DNA of 64,000 bases, from positions 9,712,784 to 9,776,783 of the forward strand of contig CM121341.1 of NCBI GenBank assembly GCA_051530055.1, in the 5' to 3' direction. This stretch comes from Neoechinorhynchus agilis. Its lineage: Eukaryota > Animalia > Acanthocephala. Below, in pieces: positions 37,297-48,356 of this stretch. The stretch's first letter is position 1. Every line of letters begins with the position of its first letter. Both the position numbers and the translations under genes were made by a program. The notes beneath the pieces were generated by a model. That model was not told the DNA's origin and did no database searches. It saw only the letters and a list, made by a program, of their open reading frames with translations.

Positions 37297-38420
37297 GGGC
37301 GTGGCAGTGGCGAACGGACACAGCGTTCGCTAGGTTGGTCCTTTCTTTCCATCGGGGTATGGTTGGGAGAAGACGCGTTAGGCCTTTGGGGCCTATTGCT
37401 AAAGATGTGCGCCCGCAGTCCACTTGGAGTGTGGTGTCAGAGTTGCTTCCTGCACCCTCCCCAAGTGAACTCGCTTCTGCTGTTCGCGTTATCAGAAAGT
37501 ATGATCTGCAAGCTTCCCCAACTGAGGTCGCAGCCCTTATCGGTCCTTATTGACGACAGAGGTTGTTGAAACCGATGGGCAGCTCTTGGATCATATGGGC
37601 AGACCTTCATGCCTATCCAATTTGATCATGGCCATTGAATGCATATATTGCTTCACTCGCTATTGTCGTGCCACGTATGCTGCGAGTGCTCTCGAGCTCA
37701 AACGTTGGTCTGAAGGGATTGGCCCCGATATTACGCTATGGAAGGATAGTGTCGTGACCGAAGTCATTTCGTGGTCTTTATTCAAGGATCGTTTGAGTGT
37801 TTCGAATTATAAACCGCTCTCACAGGGCACGCGATGCGTGGATTGGGTTGAACGTGAGGCGGATGTCTCTCCCAGATTCATTCCTCCTAAGACTAGATAT
37901 GGCGCTCGAGCCCGGGATCTATTTCCTGGTTGTCCTTGCTTCGTGCGTTGCGTAGATCTCGTTGCTCATTCTGGATACTGCCAGGTTCTGACATGGTTGC
38001 TCGACTCGTTATCTTCCTTTCATTATTTTGAAGACTGCATCGGGTGGTTAAAGTGGGTGTCGTCCGTCGCCAAAGCCAATGCGCGATCGTGTCCTGAAAT
38101 GGGCATGCTGGTAGATGTTCACCGTTGGTTTGGCCATTTTCCTTTTGAGGATAGGGAAGGGGCTCTCCGCTCCACTCGAGGCTGGTTGGGACGCTTGAAT
38201 GCACCAGCGTTGTGCTCTCGGCCTGATATGTGGGAGCGTATATGCTATGTTGAGGCCGTGGCATATTTGGAGGCTACGTTCCCGTCTACTAACGTTGATG
38301 AGGCCTTGGTCCTTAGAGATTACTTTTCTCTTCGTACGTGGTCTACCACGGGGGCTTCCAATAAACATACCTATGTATCCGCGCCTACGCTCCCTGGGGA
38401 TCGTCTTCCGAAGAGCCTCA
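37179..38420 (+). pseudogene. N-terminal part of totivirus-like (Ghabrivirales-type) RdRp, frameshifted and truncated
   Basis: LKWVSSVAK..LVDVHRWFGH (LK..S..K..L.E..L.GR-like motif 1 region), DYFSLRTWSTTGAS (W..R.W...GS motif 2), RLPKS; core SG/GDD motifs absent. Confidence 0.65.
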
Positions 38421-39500
38421 GACTTTCTGGCCAGTAATTCGGTCCGGACGGAATTTCTTAGCCGGTCCAACCACTTCCTGATACAAACTTCGAAGAACAA
38501 CATTATCTGCAACTGTTGGCATCCTTTTTGACTATCACTTCAATGAGGTGCTCGGTACCTGAATTGCAGTCGAGGGCTTGGACGCGTATGAAAGAGGAAT
38601 TTGGCGAGGGTCCAGTCGCTCCTCGCCAATCTTACAATGGGCACAACAATGCCCAAATCCGACGAGCACCAAATGCACTGATTGCGCACAAACCGACCAC
38701 TCGGCGGATAAATGCCCCAACAAAGGCAGCAACAAATGATATGCCAATTGTAGCGGAAAGCACTCTGCTTTCTACAGATGGTGTTCACACTTCAAGAAGT
38801 ACTGGACGTGGTTCCAAAAGCGTCAGGCGGAACATGCAAGCTCGTTTCTCTGAAGCGATCGCAACCATCGAGAGGAAGATTTGCACCCTCCTTAACAATA
38901 TATTCAAGCTTCCTGACCTTCTTGCTTCATGTGCCCCAATCCAAAAAATCCAAAAAACGTGTTCCTTCAACAAAAAGCCCCGGCCCGCAAAGGAAGACAT
39001 GAGACACGAAAATCAAGAAGCTTAACGATGTAGCGGAGGACAACAATGACTATCATATGGAGGTCGAGGAATCGGACAACGAGTTTGTTTCAGCTAACAT
39101 CGGAATCCAAAAGGATTTGATCAACATAGGCACAGCGGATCTAATCAGGAATGCCTCAGCCAGGAAACCCTGATGGCTCCTATCAGGTATTAGCGGGAAT
39201 ATTTGGGTGCTGCAATGGAACTGTGGTGGGACGACTAATCTCAGGAAGTTCGCACGTTTTCTACTCGGAGTGTCTATATTCCTTATTCAGGAAACGAACC
39301 GCATCTGCAATTTAGATTCTCTGTACCCTCATCTACCTAGTCGCATCGTCACTCACATCTAGTAATCAAAGCTTCGTCGAGGCGTCAAGCAAGGGTACCC
39401 GCTTTCGCCATATTTATTTGCATCCGCCATCGACCCGCTTATTCGCGAATTGTCAACATCGGGGGAGGGAGTCCGAATAAGATAACGGTTCGTGGTGTTC
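38420..39500 (+). mobile_element. Decayed LINE: ORF1 zinc knuckles, APE N-terminus, RT remnant
   Basis: Manual translation: CTDCAQTDHSADKC, ANCSGKHSAFYRWCSHFKKYW, VLQWNCGG..FLIQET, GVKQGYPLSPYLF. Confidence 0.8.
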
Positions 39501-40129
39501 GATCCGTTACTACTGGGTCATTAAATCTTAGGTGTATTGAAGAGCAGTGGATGTCAAAGCTGAAGAAACTCCTGAGCTTTTGAAATTGCTATAGGTCGGT
39601 TCGGTTTTTAGCCAAATGGACCATCATCACGGTAAAGAATGTCGGCACGCAAGATTTCGCGAATTGAGACAAATGACAGAAGAGGATGAGAGACGGTCCC
39701 ACCACCATGATTCGACAGTGCTGATAACCGAGCAGGAGGAAGAGATGCAAGTTCAGGAACAGGAACCCGCTGACCCATATGAAGGCCTTAGCACCCTCTG
39801 CTGTAAACAGCCCATTTTTAAAGGATGCTTTTGAATTTACGGTGGATCGGGGGAGATGGTTGTTGGAAAGGACTACTTCGTAAATCAATAATCGGTGACT
39901 GAAGAAAGAATATAAAGAATACACATTGAAAACGTCGGACTGAGGCAAAGAGGATGGTGTATTATCAATCTCGTGGAAAATCGAAGATCAAGATTTTATG
40001 GAAAAATTAGCTAATGATATCGCATTTCAACTAACTGGAAAACGGACGAATGCGCTTCATAAAACATCATTGTAATCGTGTTGTTAAAGTAGAATAAAGC
40101 GTCCACATTGGCAGGCAGCTCAATTTATA

Positions 40130-41146
40130 CTTTTCATGGAAAAACATTCGGAGGGATCGGTATTCGTGCCAGCTCAGCCATTGCGCTTCCAGCCTTTCTA
40201 TCGTCTCTTAGTAGGTCCAAGCGCCTTTCCAGATTGATTTTGAGACATAATTTTGAGGAGGACATCAGCCTGGAGCCCGCTCTTCATCTTTGGATGTCCC
40301 TGTCTAACCTCGACAAGATTCAAGACCTCCCGGAAAACAGAAATCGTGGGACATTCCGTTAGTGGAGCGTGTTCACACCTCACTTTTTGACTCGCTCTCC
40401 GACGTGGATAGAACGCGATTAACTGCAGTTTCCTGCAAAGAGTCCGGCGCCTGGTTGAAAGCTGTACCATCAGCAAATATCGGTTCGAGATTAGACGGCG
40501 AGGCTCTCAGAATCGCAGTGTCCCTAAGGCTCGGGCTCCCGGTTTGTATCCCTCACACCTGCCGATGCGGGACGGAAGTCGACCGCTCGGGTAGGCACGG
40601 TTTAACCTGTAAACGCTCAAATGGCCGTTTTGCTAGACACACCGAAATAAACGCATTGCTGAGCCGCGCTTTGAAAACGGCTAACTCTCCGAATATCCTC
40701 GAGCCTAGCAATATCTGCAGGATCGATGGGCGTAGGCCGGATGGAGTTACCGTTTTTCCTTGGAGCAGGGGCAGATGTCTAATATGGGACGCAACATGCG
40801 TCGACTCCCTTGCAGCCAGCAATCTGCGAGATGCATCCTCCGGGGCTGGGGGAGCCGCATCAGCAGCTGAGCTTCGTAAGGTTGCAAAATATGCTGATTT
40901 TACGAATTCTCATCATTTTGTCCCCTTCGCAGTGGAAACCTTAGGAGCTTTCGGGCGTGCGGCGAGGAGTTTTGTTTTCGAACTGGGGCATCGACTGATC
41001 AACTCGACCAATGACAGGAGGGCTCGCTCGTTCCTAGTGCAGAACATATCCTTGGCTATCCAGCGAGGAAACGCAGCGAGTGTCTTGGGGACGGTGAAGG
41101 ACAATTCAGAATAATAAATAATAATAATAATAATAACAATAAAAAA
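40130..41146 (+). mobile_element. CRE-like retrotransposon 3' part with intact 250-aa CCHC-RLE frame and (TAA)n tail
   Basis: GGIGIRASSAIALPAFLSS; ESGAWLKAVP..CRCG..HGLTC..RH..RRPDG..WDATCVD..VETLG..IQRGNAAS; TAATAAATAATAATAATAATAATAAC tail at ~41112-41138. Confidence 0.9.
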
Positions 41147-41530
41147 ATGGCGGAAATAAACGTACATTTCTAAACGAAAATTGGAATATCAACGTTTCCA
41201 GAAATTTTGAGAAATACTACTCGCATTGAACCGCTCGTCCTAAATGCGAAGGTTCCACCATTCGCTTCAAAATCGCTCGATTCATCTTAGAACAAAAAAG
41301 AACGAAGGGAGGAACGCGAGTGCATCGATAGAAAGCGGGCAGCGATTTAGAAGGTACAAAAAATAGAAAAATTCACGGTCTCTGTAATGATTTGGCACCC
41401 GTTTAAAAAAAATGTCCTCATTTTTCCGCGACGCAATGGCCGAAATAAACGTATATTTTTAAACGAAAATTGGAATATCGACGTTTCCAATAATTTCGAG
41501 AAATATTACTCACATTGAGGCGTTCGTCGT
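41146..41530 (+). repeat. ~290-bp repeat unit in 1.3 tandem copies
   Basis: AATGGC.GAAATAAACGTA..AAACGAAAATTGGAATATC at 41146 and 41436; homologous to 13620-13915. Confidence 0.8.
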
Positions 41531-43059
41531 TGACACACAATAGAACGCCGTAGCCTGAGCAATTGTCAATTTTGGACATTTGACCTTGCTTGAAGGGGCC
41601 TCGATGCGCGCTAAAATTGATAAAAATTGCGCTCTCCGTTCAAATAGGAATATACTTGAAGGCAAACCTCCCGATCCTTCGGGTTTTGGTGCAGTCAGTT
41701 CATCGTCCGATATGGATTGTGAACGAATTACCCGGGATCGAAAGGAAGTAATTGATCAAGGTTTGTTTCGATTCAATGACTCTAACTCTGTTTTTGATGG
41801 AGTTTTGGGATCATCATATTCTCAAGGTCAGGTGGATGATCATTAGGAATCTGGTAAGTTTTCTGTCGTCTCTGGTCGTGATAGAGACAAAAGTTCTGCC
41901 CACAAAAGTAGTTATGTCCTTCGTCCTGTAAGGAAAGAGGATTACATAATGATAATCAAAAATGAAGATCTTTCATCAAAAAAGTAATATCAAAAAGTCA
42001 TCAAAGATTTTGGAAAGTCGTTCCCTATGGAGTGTAAAATATTTAAAAACATTTTCTCCAATCAGTTCTCGCAAAAAATTGTGATTTTCTCCGAGAAATA
42101 CAAAAGAGCTTTCATTATATATTTAACAGAAGCATTTGGAACTCTTGGGCAATCTCGGGCCTAGTTTTTTACTGTAGAGGAAGACTCCCAAAGTACATTA
42201 GCACTTTCTTAAAGGCTCTGAGCAAACTCCGTTACTCCTGGAAACAATGGAACGGTTGGGCCGACAAAGCGCTTAAATAGACAGCGATGACATAACTTTA
42301 TTACTATCGAATTATAATTATTCCTACACATAAACTGTTGGTTAATCATCTAATGTCTTCCTTCAAATAAATCTTATGCATATGTATGATACCAGTCGTC
42401 CGACCTGAACTCCATTGTGGAATAGCTAATAATTCGTTTGACAAACGATGTTACGATCCTGCGATCTTCAGCGTTTGTAACTATCGTTTTTTGACTTTGA
42501 ATCGCTAGTAAATGTTGCATCGTCGTTAATTTTGGCGAGTATGATCGCAAGAGTGAATTGTTAGTAAATGCTTCTGGAAATGATCTATTGTTCATCAAAC
42601 GTTTTTCTTTGCTAAGATTAACGGTATTGTAGGTGATTGGAGTTCGAATCATTTTTCAAGCAATGAGGCGGGTTTTTCAATAAACTTGAGAATAATAAGC
42701 GAATAGATATACGTATTCCTAGTTTTCTTATCTTTGGGGAGAAGATTGTGTTTCATTTGAACAATTACATGTTGATATTGCAACCAATTAGAGTAGATCT
42801 TCGGTCTGTTCGCAATTAATATTGAACGCTTTGTAGGTGGGCGAAAAGTCAATAGTTTTCGTAGACCAATGATGAATTCCTTTTGGCCGACAGCAACATG
42901 CTCGTGACACAAAAAGTTTTAGGTGGATTTCTTGCATCATTCGATAGTATAAGATTGATAGTTCGCTTCAAGTTGGCGATTTGCGAGTGCAACAAATATA
43001 ACAAAAATAACGAGACTACCGGTTAAGCAGAATGATTAACTCGACGAGGTTCGAAGCAT

Positions 43060-43340
43060 TTCGCAATTTTGTTGACAACGTTTTGTGGTCAGAAAGATGA
43101 GTTCAACAAGGGGATCTTTTGGGCCCAATAGCCGTCTAACTCGTAGTCAATCCCGTCGCACATTCTCTCCGGTCCAGATTTAACGACTGGTACCTGGATG
43201 ATGCCACGCTGGGAGGTAATCCTTTTGTTGCACTGCGCGATTTGAAGACACTCGTGAAGGAAACTGTGAAAATTGGCATTGAATGCTGCGAAATGCGAAA
43301 TTTTAGTGATGAGCGTGGAAGATGAGGCGTCCAGGCAAAC
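43060..43340 (+). mobile_element. CRE-like RT core fragment
   Basis: VQQGDLLGP, VNPVAHSLRSRFNDWYLDDATLGG, KCEILV. Confidence 0.8.
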
Positions 43341-45243
43341 TACCTTGAAAGATTTTCAGAACTTGATCCCGGGATAGAATAGATAACCCTTTAGTTTCAG
43401 ATTATCGCAACCATGTGAGCCGAACTCGATTGGCAGTAGTTTCTACTGCAGGATTGAATGCTTGGCCCAGCGCTCACCCAGTAGCTTCTATTGGTAACTT
43501 TAGTTTTCGAAAAACTACTTTAAACAATAACTTGTAGGTGATTTGAAAATATTTCACCCGAGTGTGCCAAGAATCAGTTTTGTTCATTCAACGCATTCAT
43601 AGATTTTCAAACTGATCAATCAATTCAAACCTTAACGTGTTCGCTTTTATAAATTATTGGTGAACTAGGATCACCCAAGTAAAAGTCTTGTGTTTAGTAA
43701 TCTTGATTTTAAATCAGAACCGAATGGAGCTTTCTCAAATTCCATTATTTCAGCCTCAAAGACAATAGCAGATGGAAAACATGAAGATGTAACAGCGATG
43801 GAGTTCGCTGGTAAGGAAATAGACTGCCAAAATAACCATAAAGATGCATTCGGAGAAACGGAAATTCAGAGACGGCGACTTATGCATTCATTCCATAGAT
43901 CTTATTTCAAGCGGATATATCAATTAACGTTGTGGGAAATTTAGTTGCTAGTTGCTGTCATCTCTCACTGTCTCCATCTATGACCATGTATTTTTTAAGC
44001 CATGTTCTTTTAACAAATTCGGAAATCGGAATTCCTGTTCTAAAGTATTGAAATCTGAGAAGATGATAATGTTTTCGAAAAATGCGTAAAATTAACCTTT
44101 CTTAAAGATTCATCTTAACGCCAATTGATATTTTCGTTTTGCGCCCATAGCTCTCATCATAAACATCGGTATCTTAGTTTAAATAGAAAACGTTTGCATG
44201 ATCTCACATTTCTAGCGTAAATCCAAAAGTTGTAATATTATTCCACATAAAAGACCATGTTAATTAAGCTAAATATTGAGTTGCTTATTGCTTCATTCTA
44301 AAACTTCGACCAAAGATTTTTAAAAAAATTATTATAGCAGTATTAAAAAATTTATAAAGAGGTTATTGAATCGAAAAATTAGGCAGCGCTTCTAAACAAA
44401 TATTATTTTAATCAGATCCTCATAAATTCCTAACAGGCTTTGAATGCTGCGATTGAGTTTATTCACAAAATCTTATCTCCTTTAAATTTTGTAATTGCAT
44501 TTTTCTAAACTCAAGGGGTTTGTTATCCACTAAGGCGTCACCCAAACCCAAGAAAACGAATATTAAAACTTTTGGAAGGAAAAATACCCGTAGGATTATA
44601 TAGATCGGAGAAATCAAATACCCTGATCCAGTGTAAGAAATATTATACGCATTGTTCCACTAACTAATCAGTAGAGTTGTTCACGCTGATACTCTTAAAG
44701 GGCCAATTTTGTTCCTTACTTTCCATTTTTTATCTTAGATTTGATTTCTTTTTTCATCATCCAAACCCTTATTCGATTGCGTACACCAGCAAGCACGGAT
44801 TAGTTGTAATTGAAAGCTGGCAATTCACTCGGCTTTGGGGTAAGTACCAAAATACTTTACCAAATGCTCTGCAAATGACATTTGTTTGATCGTTAATACA
44901 CAAAAGCTGCTATAAACCTGAAAGGATTGATAGTTCAAAGGTAAAGGTATAGATTAGGTAGCTGAATGGCTCAAATATAACGGCGCACGTTGGCATTTGC
45001 TGTGGAAAAAGATTTTCTTTGGCAAAGAAAAGAACTTTGCGGCGAGAAGGCAGCCCATTACTACTTTTTCAATACCCCAATCCTGTTTCAATCGCAATCG
45101 GCTCTTCTGGAAACCAGAACTCTCAAACGACTTAACTGCGCTCCAGATTCACCCGGCGGTTAAATTGATTTCGCTAACGCGATTTATTCATCATATTCCG
45201 TATTCCCGTGCTTTTGGAGTGTAACGAAGAAATACTGAGGGTG

Positions 45244-47600
45244 ATGTACCTTCTCTTCTTAATTTCAACTCGATTGGTCATTGGACAATGGAAAAATTTA
45301 ACACCAATCGTTAACACAACCTCTGGGCGTATTCGAGGACAAGTGAGGGAACTGAATACAATATCATTTAGTTTAAACGAGTCTCTTGAGAACAAGAGAT
45401 TGGTGGTTTATCAATATACTGGAATAAGGTATGGGCGAATAAATCCGCGATATGGAAGATTCATGCCTGCCATGCCTGAGTCATATTCCGAGCAACTTAT
45501 CATGGCAACGGAAACAGCAAGGTCTTGCTGGCAACCAGTTGATCAAAACTTTAATAGATTTCACGGAGTCGAAATGTGGAATGCTGTTGAAAGTGAAATG
45601 GAAGAAGATTGCCTCCATTTGAATATTTTTACGCCATCGGGACGGAAAAATGACCTTTATCCAGTTGTCGTTTGGGTCTTCGGAGGATTTTTCAATACGG
45701 GATCAATCAGTCTTAAAGTGTACGATGGTGCCTACTTAGCAGGTCTTAATGATCTTGTCGTGGTAAGTATAAATTATCGATTATTGACGAATATGGTGTA
45801 TTTGGGTAAATTCTGAAATCACCATATTCTCAGAAGGACCTTTTGGTTTTCTGTATCTTGATTCAAATCGAGCTCCGGGGAATACTGGTCTAAATGATCA
45901 GTTACTAGCCTTTCAATGGATTCATGATAACATTTACCAGTTTGGTGGAGACCGAACTCAAATAACGCTGATGGGCGAGAGCGCAGGCGCTATGAGCATA
46001 TCTTATCATTTGCAAGCTCAAAAAAGTTGGCCCTACTTTCAAAGAGTGATTCTACAAAGTGGGAATTTCTTCACCCCTCAAGCCTTTTCATCTCCATCTA
46101 AAGCACTTGAACAATCTCTTGAACTGGCTTTTGCAGTCGGTTGCCAATATGATGAAATCGACAACATTATTGAATGCCTTCACCATGTCCCTCCAAAAAA
46201 ATTGGTCGGAGAAATGGGTAACCTTAAATGTGACAATCTTCTATGCATGCCATTTGTACCGACTCAAGAGTGTTCAAATGGGCCGCTCATACAGACGGAC
46301 CCACGAACATCAAAGTCAAAGGAGATAAGACCAGAAGTTGAAATCATGATGGGTACCAATAATAACGAAGCTTCAGCCTTTCTGGTTTATGCTCTCAATT
46401 TCTTTTATAAACTTGAAAATATTAGTTTTCATTTATTTGACTATCGACCTCGATCTATGAGCAAGGAAGCTTTTAAGAAATTTATGAAGTTCCTCGTTTC
46501 ATTAAATGACGACAACGGCGATGCGATTGATTTTTATTGCCAGAATATAGCTTTGGATGGAAAGAGCACAATGAGGCGATACTCATATTTTGATCGAATC
46601 GAACACTGTGTAGCGGACTATCTAATCAACTGCCCGACTAGACGACTAATGGATTATTTATGCTAGTAGTGGTTAACAGAAGCAAAACGAAGGCAGTGGG
46701 TGGTTTTGTGTAGATTGGACATCTCAGAAATAGGAGGGGTTTTCTTAGACCTTTAGAGAGCAAGTACGACACCGAAGTGATCAAAAATCGGAATATGTCA
46801 ATGCTACACATCGTTTTCTTACAAATGCGATGCTTAGTCGAAATAATATACCTTTCCTTGGTAACGGCAATTCTTAGCTTTTCCCTTAAGGTTGCTAATT
46901 ATTTACTCCCAGCTCAGGAACGTATTTTCGAATCGACCAATGGGATTAAATGTTACGTAGAGTATTGTTCACAGTACGATTTCTTTTATTTATGCCACAT
47001 TTAGGATTTAAAAATAGCAAGAAGATCGTTCGAACTTAAAAAATGTAAATTGAAAAGTTGTTCAAAAATTCACCCAAAATAAAAAAATTCCGTCGATCTA
47101 TTTTTGGCATAAATCGTTTTATCCTTAAAATCAACATTTTATCGCTGACCACTGTACTGGCCAAACGACATCCAAGAACGTTCCTGTCTATATGTATGCA
47201 TTCGACTACCGCTCGTTCCAAGGAAATCCTTGGCCTCATTGGATGGGAATAATTCATGGTTACGAAATTGAATTTGTATTTGGGAAATATCTGGATGCAA
47301 ATCGCAAGTCCGATGTTGATGACATATTGGTAACCAATCGTTTAATGCGCTATTACGTTAACTTTTTTCGATCTGGGTAAGTTTATAACGAATGTAGTAA
47401 AAAATGCATCATTTGATTTTTCAGTAATCCGAATGCGCAGAATCGGACGGAAAATGAGTTGTTAAAATGGCCTCGTTGGGCTGATAATTTCGAGTATTTA
47501 AAAATAAACAAGGGGCTGAGTATTGAAAAAGATTTTAAGCCCACTGAGTGCTTCTGGTGGAACAACATCTTTGATGCTATTAGGATCAAGAGAGGTTAGA
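45244..47600 (+). CDS. ace: Acetylcholinesterase-like cholinesterase, multi-exon, two junctions irregular
   Basis: Signal peptide, EMWN (W84), EDCLHLNI, GESAG Ser (45980), NNNE Glu, WMGIIHGYEIEFVFG His (47255), GNPN, C-terminal C..W. Confidence 0.85.
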
Positions 47601-48356
47601 ATGAAGTAGGGGAGGGTTCGGTCGATTCATTAATCAATATATCCAGAAAAACCAGAGGGTAATAACCGAACACGAACGGGATGTTTAAATAATCTAGCTA
47701 ACAAGATTTGGATTTCTTTCAAATGCCTGGCGATCACAGTGTATATTGTTATTGTTTTATGATCCTAAAATCAGATAGAATAAATCGTATCTATTTTCTC
47801 GATCGACAGTAAGCGGATAAAAGAAATTTTAATACATGGCATATTTCGATCCAAATTGAATTTGTTAAAGCCATGAAGTCTATTCTGAATCATTTAGCAT
47901 CGACATTTAGACTTTTTGAATATCAAAGCGCTCAAAGTTCCGATATGAACGGCGAAACATCTTTATCCTCCATTGCAACCTCGGGTTTCAGTATTCTTCG
48001 AGTAAAATAGTTGGCTGTGTCCCAAATTGAACCAGAAAAAGGCCTTGTAGTTTATTCACGATCAACATTTTCACGCGTTCGTCTTCGGGAGAAAAAATAT
48101 TTCCTTTCATTGTACGAGAAAGCTTTCAAACAATGACAAACCCTGAGGAAATGTCGGAATTATCCGACGTGAAATATCGGGGAAACAAATAAGTAAATTT
48201 AAATCTGGAGTGGCAAAACTACCAAAAGAAAGTATTTGTCTATTTTTCTCATGAAGAGAAAAGGAGCGGAAGACTTAAAAAGGGATTCGTCCAATGTGGA
48301 TCTAATTATCAATTAAGTCCGCAAAAACGTTTTCATTTCGTTTCAGATTGGTGCCG

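Noticed and set aside
36475-37630. TGA-as-Trp recoding in the viral-like ORFs
   Set aside because: A TAA also interrupts the frame, TGG is used freely and frameshifts occur; ordinary decay explains it.
36911-38788. Overlapping alternative and antisense ORFs in the viral/LINE region
   Set aside because: By-products of low stop density in GC-balanced coding DNA; no motifs.
41580-42150. PPDP-containing frame resembling a LINE ORF1 N-terminus
   Set aside because: Too degraded, no knuckles or other diagnostic motif.
42374-42912. Two abutting minus-strand ORFs with ATGA overlap
   Set aside because: No recognisable domain; operon-style coupling is not meaningful here; may be decayed sequence.
45770-47180. 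Lineage-wide non-canonical intron system
   Set aside because: Introns in DNAAF1 and PUS10 are canonical GT-AG; the irregularity is local to this gene.
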